Positions 13,105 through 25,075 of a stretch of DNA of 64,000 nucleotides are shown in pieces. The stretch spans positions 41,354,001 to 41,418,000 of the forward strand of contig OX597825.1 of assembly GCA_951406725.2 (NCBI GenBank). The letters run 5' to 3'. The translations under genes were made by a program, and so were the position numbers. The DNA is from Octopus vulgaris (taxonomy: Eukaryota). Position 1 is the stretch's first letter; the number at the start of each line of letters is the position of its first letter. The notes below the pieces were generated by a model that was not told the DNA's origin, did not search any database, and worked only from the letters and a program-made list of their open reading frames with translations.

Positions 13105-14035
13105 ATTATCATCGTCGTCACCGTCGTTGCTTAACATCCACTTTCCATGCTGGCATGGGTTAGACGGTTTGACTGAGTGCTGGCAAACCAGAAGGCTGCA
13201 CCAGGCTCCAAATCAATCTGGCAGAGTTTCTACAGCTGGAGGCCCTTGCTAATGCCAACCATTCTGAGTGTATAATAGGTGCTTTTTACGTACCACCAGC
13301 ATGAGGGCCAATCAGGCGGCACTGGCATCGACAACATTTGAATGGTGCTTTTTACATGCCACTGGCATGGGAGCCAGTTAAGTAGCACTGGCACTGACCA
13401 CGCGTGAATGGTGCTTTTTACATGCTACTAACACGCATGCCAATCAGGCAGTTATGTCATCGGCTATGACAACAACCTCACTTGCCTCAACAGGTCTTTG
13501 CAAGTGAAGTTTATTGCCTAGTGATTGAAGGGTACTCTTAAATGGGCTTGCCAGGTCTTCTTAAGCACAGCACATTTCTAAAGGTCTTGGTCACTTGTCA
13601 TCACTGCCATGTAGCATGACTGTTTGCACACATGCATCATACAGTCTACCTTTTACTCTGAGTGAGAGACACTTTGCCACCAGCAGAGGTAAGAGCTCTC
13701 TGAACTTTGCTCAGGTTATTCTTATGCTAGCAGCTATGCTATCAGAACACCCACCCCAGCTACTGACTTGGTCACCTAGGTATCGGAAGCTATCAACTAT
13801 TTGTAGTTTTTCCCCATGCAATGTGACAGAAGCTACTTTCTGCACATTTTCAGTGTTTATTGCCCCTGAGCATTTTCCACACACAAAATCTATATTCCCA
13901 GTTAGCCTTCCTCTGACATTGCTGCACCTCTTATGTGTCTATGTCTTTTCTAGAGATCGAGCAGAGCCATCTACCTAAAGAGATTTGTGGTTTGTCTGCC
14001 TTCCTACTTATTAAAACTTTGTTTTTTTGTTAGAT
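13105..14035 (-). mobile_element. Internally deleted RTE 3' portion with (TGA)n tail
   Basis: 13595-14030 aligns to 11550-12020, and 13110-13590 matches the RTE 3' end family. Confidence 0.85.
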
Positions 14036-14329
14036 TGACTAGTTTATATTGTTTATATTTCTAGGGTAATACTTTAAAGTACTATTTTAAAGTCAGGAAA
14101 TGTGTCAAGGCCAACAAGAGGAGGTGCTTCCTAGGGCTAAATAGCAGTAGTATTCTTCCTTTTCATGGGACTGTCACATTAAGTTGACAACATACCACCA
14201 CTTTATCATGTTACTACTGTATAAATCTCACTGAGAGATTAAGAAATGTATCATTTCATTTTCTAATTAGTCTAAACTACACCACAGAGAAAAGAGTCTG
14301 ATAATTGTTAATCTAGGTTATTTATCCTT

Positions 14330-14690
14330 TGTCTTTTATCTTGTACTCTAGCCATGCACTTCAAGGGTTCAGATGAGCAAATTACCCCAGTACTTTTTTT
14401 TTAAAGTCTGGTGTTTATTCTATCAGTTTCTTTTTACTGAACTGCTAAGTTATAGAAAATGTAAACAAACCAACAGCAGTTATCAAGTGGTAGTGGGGGG
14501 ATCAAACACAAAGATACACATGCATATGCATGTGCGTATGCACACACACAATGAGCTTCTTTCAGTTTCTATCTATTGCTCAGGGCTATAGTAGAAGACA
14601 CTTGCCAAAATGCCATACAATGGGAATGAACCAATAACCATGTGGTGGGGAAGAAAACTTCTTACCACACTGCCACACCAGTGCCTAAAG
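14330..14690 (-). mobile_element. SINE family B copy (degenerate)
   Basis: gctatagtagaagacacttgcc...aaccatgtgg...cttcttaccacac matches 31195-31597. Confidence 0.7.
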
Positions 14691-14759
14691 TAAATTAATA
14701 CAAACAAGCACACATACACACACATACACACATGTATATATATATATAGAAAGAAGTAT

Positions 14760-15640
14760 AGTAAAAAAGATATTGAACAGTATGATGAAGATAGGAGCTA
14801 ACTTGGGAATATACTGTTTGAGGTAATGAGATAATGGAAGGGACATTTTCATGACCAGCGTTCATGTTGGCTTGAAGCAACTACAGGCACTTGCCCATTT
14901 TCAATGAATGTGTGCGGTGGTGGTGGTGGGCCTGATGAAGTGGAGAGGAAATTTGGGGAGGAGATTTTACCAGAGTATATCTACTATGAAGTTGGACCCA
15001 TTGGCAAAGTGGAGAAAATAGGTTTTTACAAAGTTTGTGGAGATTCTTTTTGCAAAGAACCAAATGGATTAAGTGCATTTTGGGAGACAGGAGTGCTTGT
15101 AGGATGTGTGATGCATGAAGGAAATCTATACAGTTTGGATGTTGGTCTTGGAGGACTTATGATGATGTCTAAGAGCTTTCTCGTTGGTAGAGGTGAGGGA
15201 TTTCCTTCAAGTGTTGTTGGCTATTTACAGTTGCTAAACTAAACTGCTGCAGTATAGCTAAGAATGAACCATAAGAGGGATTAAAGTTTTAGAGATTTTG
15301 TTTGGTGGAATGTAGAAGGACATGTTGAAGAGGACGGTTTTAGTTACTTGCCTAGTTGTTTCTGTAATAAAGCACATTTGATGCCACAAATAGTCAGCAT
15401 AGAATCAACAGGGCTCAAAGCAGCGATTTATGAGGTTTGGGAATGGAGAAAGCAGTGTGTTGAAATAAATGCAGTGAGTGATAGTAATAAGGTTTGTTTA
15501 ATACTAAACAAGTAGAGGAAAAAATATCTGATGCATTTAGTTTTATTTTTTGGCATGTAGGAAAGTGTATAGCACGTTGGGACACAGTACTCTTACATTG
15601 CTGAGAAGTAAAGGTTTTCCATGTAAGGGACAATGTGAGC
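14760..15640 (-). pseudogene. Highly degraded Penelope-like RT fragment (tentative)
   Basis: Minus strand gives YMPK.IK-like and LDIII...YRFPS..HP..SQ-like segments in PLE RT order, with many frameshifts. Confidence 0.35.
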
Positions 15641-16212
15641 AGACTATGTCACAGAGATATTTTATGAAGTATTTTGATATGATTTCTAGCATAAAATCTT
15701 CAAATATACAATCTTGTAACATTTAATGAATGTATTAACTATTTTGGAATATGCTATCTTAGAATTTAGGATACTTTTTTGAAATATGCTGTGGATTATG
15801 CAAAAGAAAACCTCTTTATAACTTATATTATCAAGAAGGAAAATATATATCAAGGTTTTCAAACAGACTTGCATGTTATAAAAGTTGGCAGATTTCCCTG
15901 TCATCCACTTAACAAATTGGAAACTGGAGTTAAGCACCAGCTGTGTGAATTCATATGATTTCAGGAAAATATATTCAATTTCCTGGTTTGTATTCAATCC
16001 ATTATGGAAATCTAAAAATATGTTACCATGTAAGAATATATAAGACTAAATAATTCCTTCAAATTACTGACTGAAATCAGTTGGTGAAGGGAATTTACAA
16101 TTGTTTTTCTATTTCCTCTCATTCCTCTGTATTTCCGTGCCATTTAATACAAATGTGTTTGGATGTTTGTGTGTGCATGTGCATGCACATGTGTGTGTAT
16201 ATGCATGCACAC

Positions 16213-16249
<37 letters not shown>

Positions 16250-16769
16250 TGCACACACATACATGTGTATATCTGCACACATATACAACTTTTTATTACA
16301 GATGCTTTATAAATTACACATTGCATACAACTACTGACTGCTTGAGGATTTGATAATTCTTAGCTGAGTATAACCTTCACATTAGTGATCTGTTGCTATA
16401 TAGTATAACACTGCCTATGATATTCCAGCTTAATAGGGCACATTCTATTTCTGCTCCCTTACTTTTCAAAATGAATTGGTCAAAAGAAATGTATAATTTT
16501 TCATATACCTCAACCAGGTGAGTTTTAAATGCTGGTTACAATGGTTTTTACACGTGCTTCAGGTTAGTCCCTTTTATTTCTATCAACACCATTAAAGGGT
16601 GTTTGATTGTTGTCTATGTTTGGATAAGTATGATAATAATATAATTCTTACTAAATAGAAAAAATGGGGCGGCATCTGTTCAGCATCTGCATAGATAGTT
16701 GCAATTGAGTACTGGTTCCTGACCTCATTGTAACAATTCATTTAACAAATCAAACTAACTTTAAAACTT

Positions 16770-17040
16770 TGGACTATATAAAGCTGATGGTTCAGCTATT
16801 TGATATAACACCAAAAGCTACACCATGGATGTAAGAAGAAAAGAACTGATAGGAATATTTGAAGAAATCCTTTTAAGCAACTTTGTTGGTACCAGTCTAA
16901 AAATAGCTAATTTTCAGATTTTAGATACTACATGAACAAGAAGCTAAATAGGAGAAACACGTACTTATATGACTGATAATTTCTAACATTTCATTCTTGA
17001 TAGAGAATCTCATAAGTGCTACAAGTAGAAGAGTTCCCCT
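16770..17040 (+). pseudogene. Degraded Penelope-like RT fragment
   Basis: GLYKADGSA (compare the PLE motif GLYRDDGL), then RRKELIGIF and LKIANFQILD. Confidence 0.55.
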
Positions 17041-17099
17041 ACTTAATCTTTAGAAAAGGACATTTTCAACAGAAATGATTCCTATTATAATGATGCAAT

Positions 17100-17245
17100 A
17101 ACAAGAAGTGGTTTTACCTAAAATCATCTTATGTGTCCTTAGCATGCTCTTAGTACACCATATGGAATTTCTACCTACACTTTTTCTAGTTTCCAAGCAT
17201 GGCCATTTCACTGAAATGGTTACTAATTTGTCAGCTTTCCTGCAT
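17100..17245 (-). mobile_element. RTE fragment (PHD-like region)
   Basis: KADK...KWPCLETRKSVGRNSIWCTK is homologous to 11880-11990. Confidence 0.6.
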
Positions 17246-17259
17246 CTACATATATATAT

Positions 17260-17296
<37 letters not shown>

Positions 17297-17339
17297 TATT
17301 TAGATATCATTTAATGATTGCTTTCTATGCTGGCATGGT

Positions 17340-18268
17340 TTGGATAGAACAGGACGTCCAGTTGAGTTTGATGATAAGCTCCTTGAGGCATTACTTGAAG
17401 AAAATCCTGCATTATCAGTTGAAGAATTGGCAATAAAGCTAAATTCAAACAATACAACTGCTCATCGTCATCTTCAACAACTTGGAAAGGTTCCTAAACT
17501 TGGAAAATGTGTGCCTCATGAATTGTCCGAAAGCAACTGCAAATACCGAGTTGACATCTGCTCGTCCCTCCATTCTCGTGAACTTATTTCACCATTTTTG
17601 GATAGACTTGTGACTGGTGATGAAAAATAGATCTTCTATCGAAATGTTAAATGACGTAAACAGTGGCTTGGTAAAAGGGAAAAAGCTCAACAAAAACCAA
17701 GAAGGAAACTTCATGGGAGAAAGGTTCTTCTTTCTATCTGGTGGGATTGCAAAGGAGTAATTCACTTTGAATTGTTACCACCTAATGCAGCAATCAATGC
17801 TCAAGTCTACTATCAGCAATTAGAGCGTTTGAACCAAGCTTTGAAGAAAAAAAGACCCGCTTTAGTGAATCAAAAAGGAGTGATGTTTCATCAGGACAAT
17901 GCGCAACCCCACACTGCAAAGATCACATTACAGAAGATTGAAGAGCTTGGTTGGGAAAAAATTCCTCATCCACCTTATTCTCCTAACCTTGCATCTTCAG
18001 ACTACCATTTGTTTCATAGTTTACAGAATCATTTGGGGGACATAACTTTTGCAAACCAGGAGGAGGTCGAAACTGACATTTCAGAGTTCTTCACTTTGAA
18101 ACCAAAAGAGTTTTACACTGGTGGGATTAAAAAACTTGTAAATAGATGGAAGGAAGTCATAGATAATCAGGGAAAGTACACTGATTATTAAATTTCAATT
18201 AAATATAACATTTGATCACTTGTTTTCTTTATTCAAAATTCAGACAGAACTTATGGGATGACCTAATA
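17340..18268 (+). pseudogene. 5'-truncated mariner (DD34D) transposase with putative right TIR
   Basis: GRP, VPHEL, VTGDEK*, HQDNA and HPPYSPNLASSDYHLF motifs, with stops. Ends in gaacttatgggatgacctaata. Confidence 0.92.
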
Positions 18269-18769
18269 CTTGCCTTGTCACCAACCCTCACCTATTTTCA
18301 AGACATGTTTTCACCACAGACTGGAAATAAAGGGCTGTTTACTTAATAGAGACATTCATTTTCAACTATTACATGAGACTGTAAGTAATACACGCACTTG
18401 TTAGTGTGTGTGTATGTGTGTGCGCAAGCCTAAGCATGTGCGGATCTATATGTGTGCATGTATTTGTATGTATGCAGTTATTTATGTGTGTAACATATAC
18501 TATAATATTCTTTCAAACTAGCATTTTCATCACAAATTCCAGCTATTTTACCATCTAACTTTCTTCAGGTCCCCCTTGTAATTAGTAATGTCTCAGAATT
18601 TCAGACTGAAGCTTTTTTATATATCCATAGGGGTAGATTGTTTACATTCTCTGATATTCTCATATTAGTTATTCTCCTACATAAGATGTTTCTTGTTCAT
18701 TTTGCTACTACCAGAGTAGTGCATATATATATATATATTTATGTGTTTGTGTGTGTGCATGTGCATGAG

Positions 18770-19525
18770 AGGACCCATCAGGCCAAGTGTACCAGTGGTG
18801 GTGGCATGTAAAGAACACCTTTTGAGCATTGGGCCTCACAGAGCCAAAGTGGCTGAGTTTCTTTCAGGCGTTAGGCTTCACAGAAGCAAAGTGGGTGAGT
18901 TCCTTTCAAGCTTTGGGCTTTATGGAGGCAAAGTAGCTGAGTTCCTTTCAAGTTTTGGGCTTCATGGAGGCAATAACCAAGACCATTGGCGTTATGTCAT
19001 GCTTGAGAACAAGACCCATGAAGCTAAACAAAATCACAGTCATGGCAGATACTGGCATCATGCTAATTGGCACCTGTGCTGGCGACATGCAAAGCACCCA
19101 TTACACTCTAAAGTGGTTGGTGTTAGGAAGGGTATCCAGCCATAGAAAATCTTGCTAAATCAGACTGGAGTCTGGTACAGCCTTCCAGCATACCAGCCTG
19201 GTCAAACCATCCAGCCCATGTCAGCATGGACAATGTATGCTAAATGATAATTATGATGATGATATCTGATCTGGCAGAGTTTCTACAGCTGGATGCCCTT
19301 CCTAACACCAACAACTCTGAGTGTGTAGTGGGTGCTTTTCATGAGGGCCAGTCAGGTGGTATTGGCAACAGCCATGCTCAAATGGTGTTTTTTACATTCC
19401 ATCTGCACAGGATCCAGTCCAGCAGCACTGGCAATGACCTTGCTCGAATGTTTTTTTCATGTGCCACCAGCACAAGTGCCAGTAAGGCAACGCTGGTAAC
19501 GATCACGCTCAAATGGTGCTTTTTA
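18770..19525. mobile_element. Two RTE-3'-end elements arranged tail to tail (+ to ~19263, then -)
   Basis: ggtgttaggaagggtatccagc...tgatgatgat is followed by ctacagctggatgcccttcctaacacc. Three ~45-bp internal tandem units lie at ~18820-18975. Confidence 0.7.
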
Positions 19526-19627
19526 TTCATATATACACTTATACATATATATTTGTGTATTATATATGTGTGTGTCTATGTATGTGTATATATGTGTATT
19601 TATGTGTATATATGTGTGTGTGTGTAT

Positions 19628-19676
<49 letters not shown>

Positions 19677-20091
19677 TATATATATATATAATCCATAGAT
19701 GAGATCCAGAGATTTTCCATATAGAAGACACTTAGTAGTGCTCAAATGATTCAGTCTTAGATTCTGATGTCTTTACAGGGGATCAGTTCCACAAGGTAAA
19801 GAAAGGCTACAAGAGGGATCACGTTGAGCAGGTATAGAAGCAATTATGCAGATAAACAAATTAGATACATTAAATATAATAAATATATTAAACATATTAA
19901 ATATAATAGTTTGGGTATTAAATACAAAGTATGTATTTATGTATGCAAGTAAAATGAGAAAAAGCAAAATGTAGAGACATTCAGATGTTGAATTTTTAAG
20001 TATAAATGTATATTCATATTAATAGGTCCAACTTACTCAAAGTATATAAAAGACAAAAAAAATTAAAGGGGTGGAAGAATGGTGTTATAAT

Positions 20092-20212
20092 TCCAACAGC
20101 TGTTTCTGTGGGCTTGGAGATCCATAATAACGTTGTTAGATGTAGTTAGTCACAATATGTGGCCATACAAATGCAAATAACATTCGCTAAGACAAGCCAG
20201 CTTCATCAGGGT
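20092..20212 (-). ncRNA. Type I hammerhead ribozyme motif with a long stem II insertion
   Basis: Minus strand reads ccCTGATGA agctggcttg...caagcccaca GAAA CAGCTG TT gg. Stem III is the palindrome CAGCTG; the base of stem II is mismatched. Confidence 0.65.
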
Positions 20213-20643
20213 AGAGAAGATCTTAATGCAGAGAAGTTCAAAGATTACCTATTCTCTTGGATTATTTACATGTTTTTTGAAAAGTTCAGCCTCAACACTC
20301 TGATGTTTTCTATTCACTCTATTCACGTTTTTATAAGGGCTTATTTTTATTCTTAATAATTTCTACATTGCTGTTCTAACCTTATTTCACTTATCTATTT
20401 ATAAATGCATATTAGATTTTTATATATTTGTGTATTTATGAATTTTTTATGTTTTAATATTTTAAAGACTGATATACATTGATCTATGGCAGAATATATA
20501 TTTAAATTGTTGAACCTATCTGAAGTTCTCCTTAACATTTTTTATACCTTTGTGTCTCAGGTCTTTTATCTGAGCACTTCTGGTTACTGCCTATAACAAT
20601 AAACAAAGAAACTTTACTATAAGTATGACTTTACTTGTTAGTA

Positions 20644-21490
20644 TATGTGGTCTGATCAATAAATATCCGGACTGTTGCTATAGTAATGAAGCTGAAGCAC
20701 AAGAGTGAAGCTGTTTTGTTCAGATTGACCTTGAACACTGCTGTTTACAGCAGTGCTTGGTAGGAAGGTGTGTAGTGTGTAATCATCACATTGACCATGA
20801 CAGAGAATTTGAGCAGAGAATCTACATCAAATTTTGACAAAAGCTTGATGATATTTGCTCAGGGACCTACACAAAGTTTTCAACAAGTTTTTCTCATTCT
20901 CAACACAATCAAGGAGATATTGTGCAGCTGAAATCTGAGTGTCTTTTTGGTCAGCTGAAAGCAGTTTTAGCACAAACTTGGCAGACACCCATTTCATACC
21001 CAAATCTTCAGTGAGAATGGACTGAACTGAACTGTAACTAATCTGCACTTCATTTGATAACTCATTTGATGATTTCCCCTGACAACTGCACGCACATCTA
21101 TGATGTTTTTTTCAGTTCTGCTGGTTGCAGAGTGTTCATCAATATCGACATTTTGCTGCTGTCTTGGAAATGTCTGAACCACTTGTACATTTATACACTC
21201 ATGTGCAGCCCATACACTCCTCTCCATATGCTTTCTGCAACTTTGTGCAGGCCTCTGAGCAGGTATCATCATGACAGCTTTCTCCTGTCATGGTCAATGC
21301 AACAGTTGCATGCTACACACCTTCCTTCCAAGCACTGCTGTAAACAGTGGAAATGAGCTTGAATGTTAAAACTTAGTGTGCATGCATAGCAGAGTTCAAG
21401 GTTAATCTGTGTCAAGTGGCTTCACTCTGCATGCTTTAGCTTCGTTACTATAGCAACAGTTTGTATACTAATTGATCAAACCTCTTCGTG
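20644..21490 (-). mobile_element. Non-autonomous mariner derivative with long inverted termini
   Basis: 20644-20880 is the reverse complement of ~21240-21490 (tgatcaat...ctgttgctatagtaa.gaagct). Internal minus-strand ILTEDLGMKWVSAKFV. Confidence 0.85.
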
Positions 21491-22095
21491 ACTACTCTGA
21501 TTTCTTCTTCAGATTTTACAAGCTATTTTGCTTATCTATGTATATATGTGCTGATATTCACATACAAACACACACACACACACACACACACATATATGAT
21601 GATTACTTCATCTTGAGAGATGATAGCCATCCCATCAACACACACACCATCATGCAGCACAGTCACCCTATTGATGAGCCCTTAGATGACTTTTAAGTCC
21701 AGCTGCTCACTGGTAAGGTTTAAAACACAAATGACAGATATTATTCATGTTTCTTCTATATCTTTACTCTTGGAATCTGATTCTGAAGGAATGTTTTTGT
21801 GAACATATGTCTTTTAAGTCCTGATATTGTCTTACGACACAAGTTGTAAGAGGTGGTTGGTGTCCCGGATCATTACCTATCTGGTCATTTCAGTTTTCCT
21901 GTGACTTCATATGGTTCATGTATATATATGTATTCGCCACATCAAAGTGATTGTTCCATGTTACTGCTAGTTTAACCCCAGGCAGATCTTCTGCCAGCTG
22001 AGTATCAGTGTGATACTGGACCCTTTATATACAAAATATACTGCTAACAGGGGGAGCGAACTCCTACCATCTTGTAGCAGACAACAGGATTGCAA

Positions 22096-22133
22096 GACTG
22101 ACTTATTTTGAGCTGATTGGCTCATCCTCAGTC
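22096..22133 (-). ncRNA. Minimal hammerhead-like motif (degenerate)
   Basis: gaCTGAGGA tgagc caatca gctc AAAA taa GTC agtc. GAAA is replaced by AAAA. Confidence 0.5.
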
Positions 22134-22171
22134 ACAGACCCTGGCTATGTCTCTGGTGACGAGGTGCATGC

Positions 22172-22210
22172 AACTGATGATGGACCAAACAGCTTGAAAC
22201 TGAGTCAGTC
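22172..22210 (+). ncRNA. Minimal hammerhead-like motif
   Basis: CTGATGA tggaccaaacagctt GAAA C tga GTC agtc. Core nucleotides are intact but stems I and II are poor. Confidence 0.55.
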
Positions 22211-22615
22211 TCATGATCCTGTTGTCTGCTAGAGGTTGGGTGGTAGTTCACTCCCCCTGTTAGCAATATATATTGTATATAACGGGTGCAGCATTACACT
22301 GATAACTAGCTGGTGGAAGATCTGCCAGGGGTTAAAATAGAAGTAACATGGAACCGCCACTTTGATGTGGTGATTGATTTTACTTATCTCTCTCTCTCTC
22401 TCTCTCACTCCAGATATATATATATACATATATATATAACTACATATACATATACATGCCTAATTGCATGGTAAGAAGCTTGCTTCCCAACCACATTGCT
22501 CTTCTTTTAATGCTGCCATGTGGCACCTTGGACAAGTGTCTTCAACTATAGCCGTGGACCAACCAAAGCCTTGTAAGTGAATTTGGTAGACAGAAACTGA
22601 AAGAAACCATCACAC

Positions 22616-22650
<35 letters not shown>

Positions 22651-22661
22651 CATGTGTATGT

Positions 22662-23329
22662 AATTATTAGATAATAAAACAAATGGTTTATACCTGGAAG
22701 CTTTTGCAGTTGTCATTATGTATATGGTAAATGAAAGACGGAAGATGGAAGATACGAGAATTTTTATTAATCACAACAATAGTTTGGAGACGTCTAGCAT
22801 CGGCCCCTCATGGGTGGAATATTGAACAGCTGGTTCAGGAGCATCCGACAGTGCAGATGTGTCTCTTTGGGTGATAAGAATTTTATAACTGGTTAAAATA
22901 AGTTCTACAATGTATCTTCTCATTTCATGTAAAGAAAAGCAACAAAATTAAGATATATCTTCATTTATATAGAAAATCAAAAATAAAATAACAGATGCAA
23001 AAAAAGAAACAAAATCACAAGTCTTTCCTTGCTGTATTGCAAGTTCGTTTCTTTTTGGCATCTGTTATTTAATTATTGATTTTCTATATTAATGAAGCTA
23101 TATTCTTTAATTTACTGCTTTTCTTTACACGAATTAGAAGATACATTGCAAAACTGTTATTTTAACCAGGTACATTTACTTATCACCTGAAGAGACACAT
23201 CTGCACTGTCAGAAGCTCCTGAACCAGCTGTTAAGCATCCCACCCATGATGGGTCAATGCTAGATATATCCAAACAATTGTCATGATAAATAAAAAGTCT
23301 TGTGTCTTCCATCTTCCGTCTTTCACTTA

Positions 23330-23335
<6 letters not shown>
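22662..23335. mobile_element. Palindromic insert (arms ~22724-23012 and ~23045-23335, plus a ~60-nt left extension)
   Basis: tatatggtaaatgaaagacggaagatggaaga... is matched by ...tcttccatcttccgtctttcacttaccatata, colinear through to the centre. Confidence 0.9.
23181..23288 (+). ncRNA. Hammerhead-like motif with a long stem II (G12 replaced by C)
   Basis: tatcac CTGAAGA gacacatct...agatatatc CAAA CAATTG TC atgata. Stem III is the palindrome CAATTG. A mirror copy lies on the minus strand at ~22770-22877. Confidence 0.55.
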
Positions 23336-23374
<39 letters not shown>

Positions 23375-23709
23375 CATATATATATTTCTATATATGTATG
23401 TGCGTTTGTGTCTGTGTTTGTCCCCCCACCGTCGCTTGACAACAGATGTTGGGGTGTTTACATCCCTGTAACTGAGCGATTCATCAAAAGAGACTGATAA
23501 AATAAGTACTCGGTTTACAAAGAATAAGGCCTAAGGTCAATTTCTTTGGCTAAAACCCTTTAAGGCAGTGCTCCGATATGGCCACAGTCAAATGACTGAA
23601 ACCAGTAAAACAATAAATATACATACATGTGTGTGCACGCGCACTTGCGTGCGTCTTTGGGTGTGTGTGTGCTTGTGTGTACATGCAGAGAAAGAGAGAA
23701 AAGGAGGAA

Positions 23710-24343
23710 GATTGACTGATCAAGGGACTTAACTCATGCCCACTTAATAAACACTTCTATTCATTATTCTGTTATCCCATAGGAAAATTGTGTAATGGAA
23801 ATTAAGAGCTATAAACGCAACACTTTTGTGGTTGGTGACTTAATGTTCTTCGTTCCTTAATTAAAATCATCCATATGGCGTTCATCTCTATTGCAAGCTC
23901 ACTGATGAGGTTATCAAAGCCCAACATATGTGATCATTCTTTCAGTCATCTTATCTTCCAGTGTTGTTCCAAATCCATTATCCTAACTTTGTTCCACAAA
24001 GATTATTGAATTCCCTTTTCCCTTCACAAATGATCAGCCATGCTGATTTTTCTGTCTCAACCTGGTTTAGTCAATTGAAAGAATCAACACATATGAAAGG
24101 CTTTGATAACCTCCTCTGAAGACCTAGTGTAAAGATGAATTCCATTTGGAATCATTAAGAAAGAAGGTACATTAAACCTACAACAATAAAAAAAGATGAT
24201 AGGTTTAAAGCTCCTAATTTCCATTACTGAATTGTCCAACAAATAAGACAATGGAATAGTAAATGCAGCATTGATTAATTGTCAAATGTTGAGTATTGTT
24301 GTTTATTTAGTGGATGTGAGTTCATTTCCTTGCTTACTCAATC
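23710..24343. mobile_element. Diverged palindromic insert (arms ~23710-23950 and ~24070-24343)
   Basis: gaggttatcaaagcc pairs with ggctttgataacctc, and gtaatggaaattaagagct with agctcctaatttccattac. CTGATGAG at 23902. Confidence 0.75.
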
Positions 24344-24723
24344 CGAACATAATTCTTCAAACTGAATGTGCAAGTGGTATCAGAAGCACAATAATATATA
24401 TGGTGTAGGCAATGAAAGGAAAACAATATCCTCACTATGGGTTTAAATAAAAGGCTCAGTTTGGAATTTAAAAGGATGGAGTGTGTGTGTGTGTATGTGT
24501 ATATATGTTGTGTGTGAGTGTGTTTATATGAGTGTGTGTGTAAATTAAAAAGGGTGGCTTATTAGCAATTACAACCTAAAGGCAAAGTTAAAAAGCAGTC
24601 ACAAAAGTGACAGAGGGTAGTGACGAGCACTGTGTTTGCTAAAAATAAAAGTTAAAACAACTCAAATGCCACAAAAGCACTGTCTTAATGACTATCAAAG
24701 GGAGGAAAGTACCCGGCATATAT

Positions 24724-24779
24724 AGTCGGATCGCAATTTCAGATTTTGATGTCGACCATCTTAATCCACATCAGCGACT
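24724..24779 (-). ncRNA. Type I hammerhead ribozyme (A9 replaced by T)
   Basis: agtcg CTGATGT ggat-taagatggtcgacatcaaa-atct GAAA TTGCGA TC cgact. Stem I is a perfect 5 bp. Confidence 0.75.
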
Positions 24780-25020
24780 CCTAATGCCTAGGGTTAGACT
24801 CAAGTTTTTTTAACTCTTATTTTTAGTAAAAGCAGTACTATTCAGTACCTTTGTCACTTTTGTGACTTCTGTTAATTTTGCCTTTTGGTTCTAATTGCTA
24901 ATAAACCACCCTTTTAAAAATATTGTTTACACTTTAACTGCTTTGAAAATCAACAAATGCTTTCAACGGTTTTTCTTATGAGACTGACAGAGGTAGTTGA
25001 GTTTAACCCTATGCATCAAG

Positions 25021-25075
25021 AGATACTGATGAGGATTAAGATGGTCTACATCAAGATCCAAAGTCGTGATCTGAT
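25021..25075 (+). ncRNA. Type I hammerhead ribozyme, second copy (GAAA decayed)
   Basis: CTGATGA ggat-taagatggtctacatcaag-atcc AAAG TCGTGA TC tgatc. Confidence 0.65.

Larger units (their letters stand above)
21936..22372. mobile_element. Palindromic insert (~200-bp arms) with a hammerhead-like motif in each arm
   Basis: gccacatcaaagtg...ctcatcctcagtc is matched by actgatgatgg...actttgatgtggt. Right side runs into (CT)n(TA)n. Confidence 0.85.
22465..23612 (+). mobile_element. SINE family B split by a nested insertion (5' half 22465-22612, 3' half ~23395-23612)
   Basis: Both halves match the uninterrupted copy at 45488-45895. The break falls in the SINE's internal TA/TG microsatellite. Confidence 0.85.

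Noticed and set aside
14904-15242. 112-aa plus-strand ORF as a host exon
   Set aside because: No recognisable family or splice signals. More likely antisense to a decayed PLE RT.
18820-18975. CRISPR-like array of ~45-bp units (also 48905-49707)
   Set aside because: These are tandem duplications without unique spacers, in eukaryotic repeat context with no cas genes.
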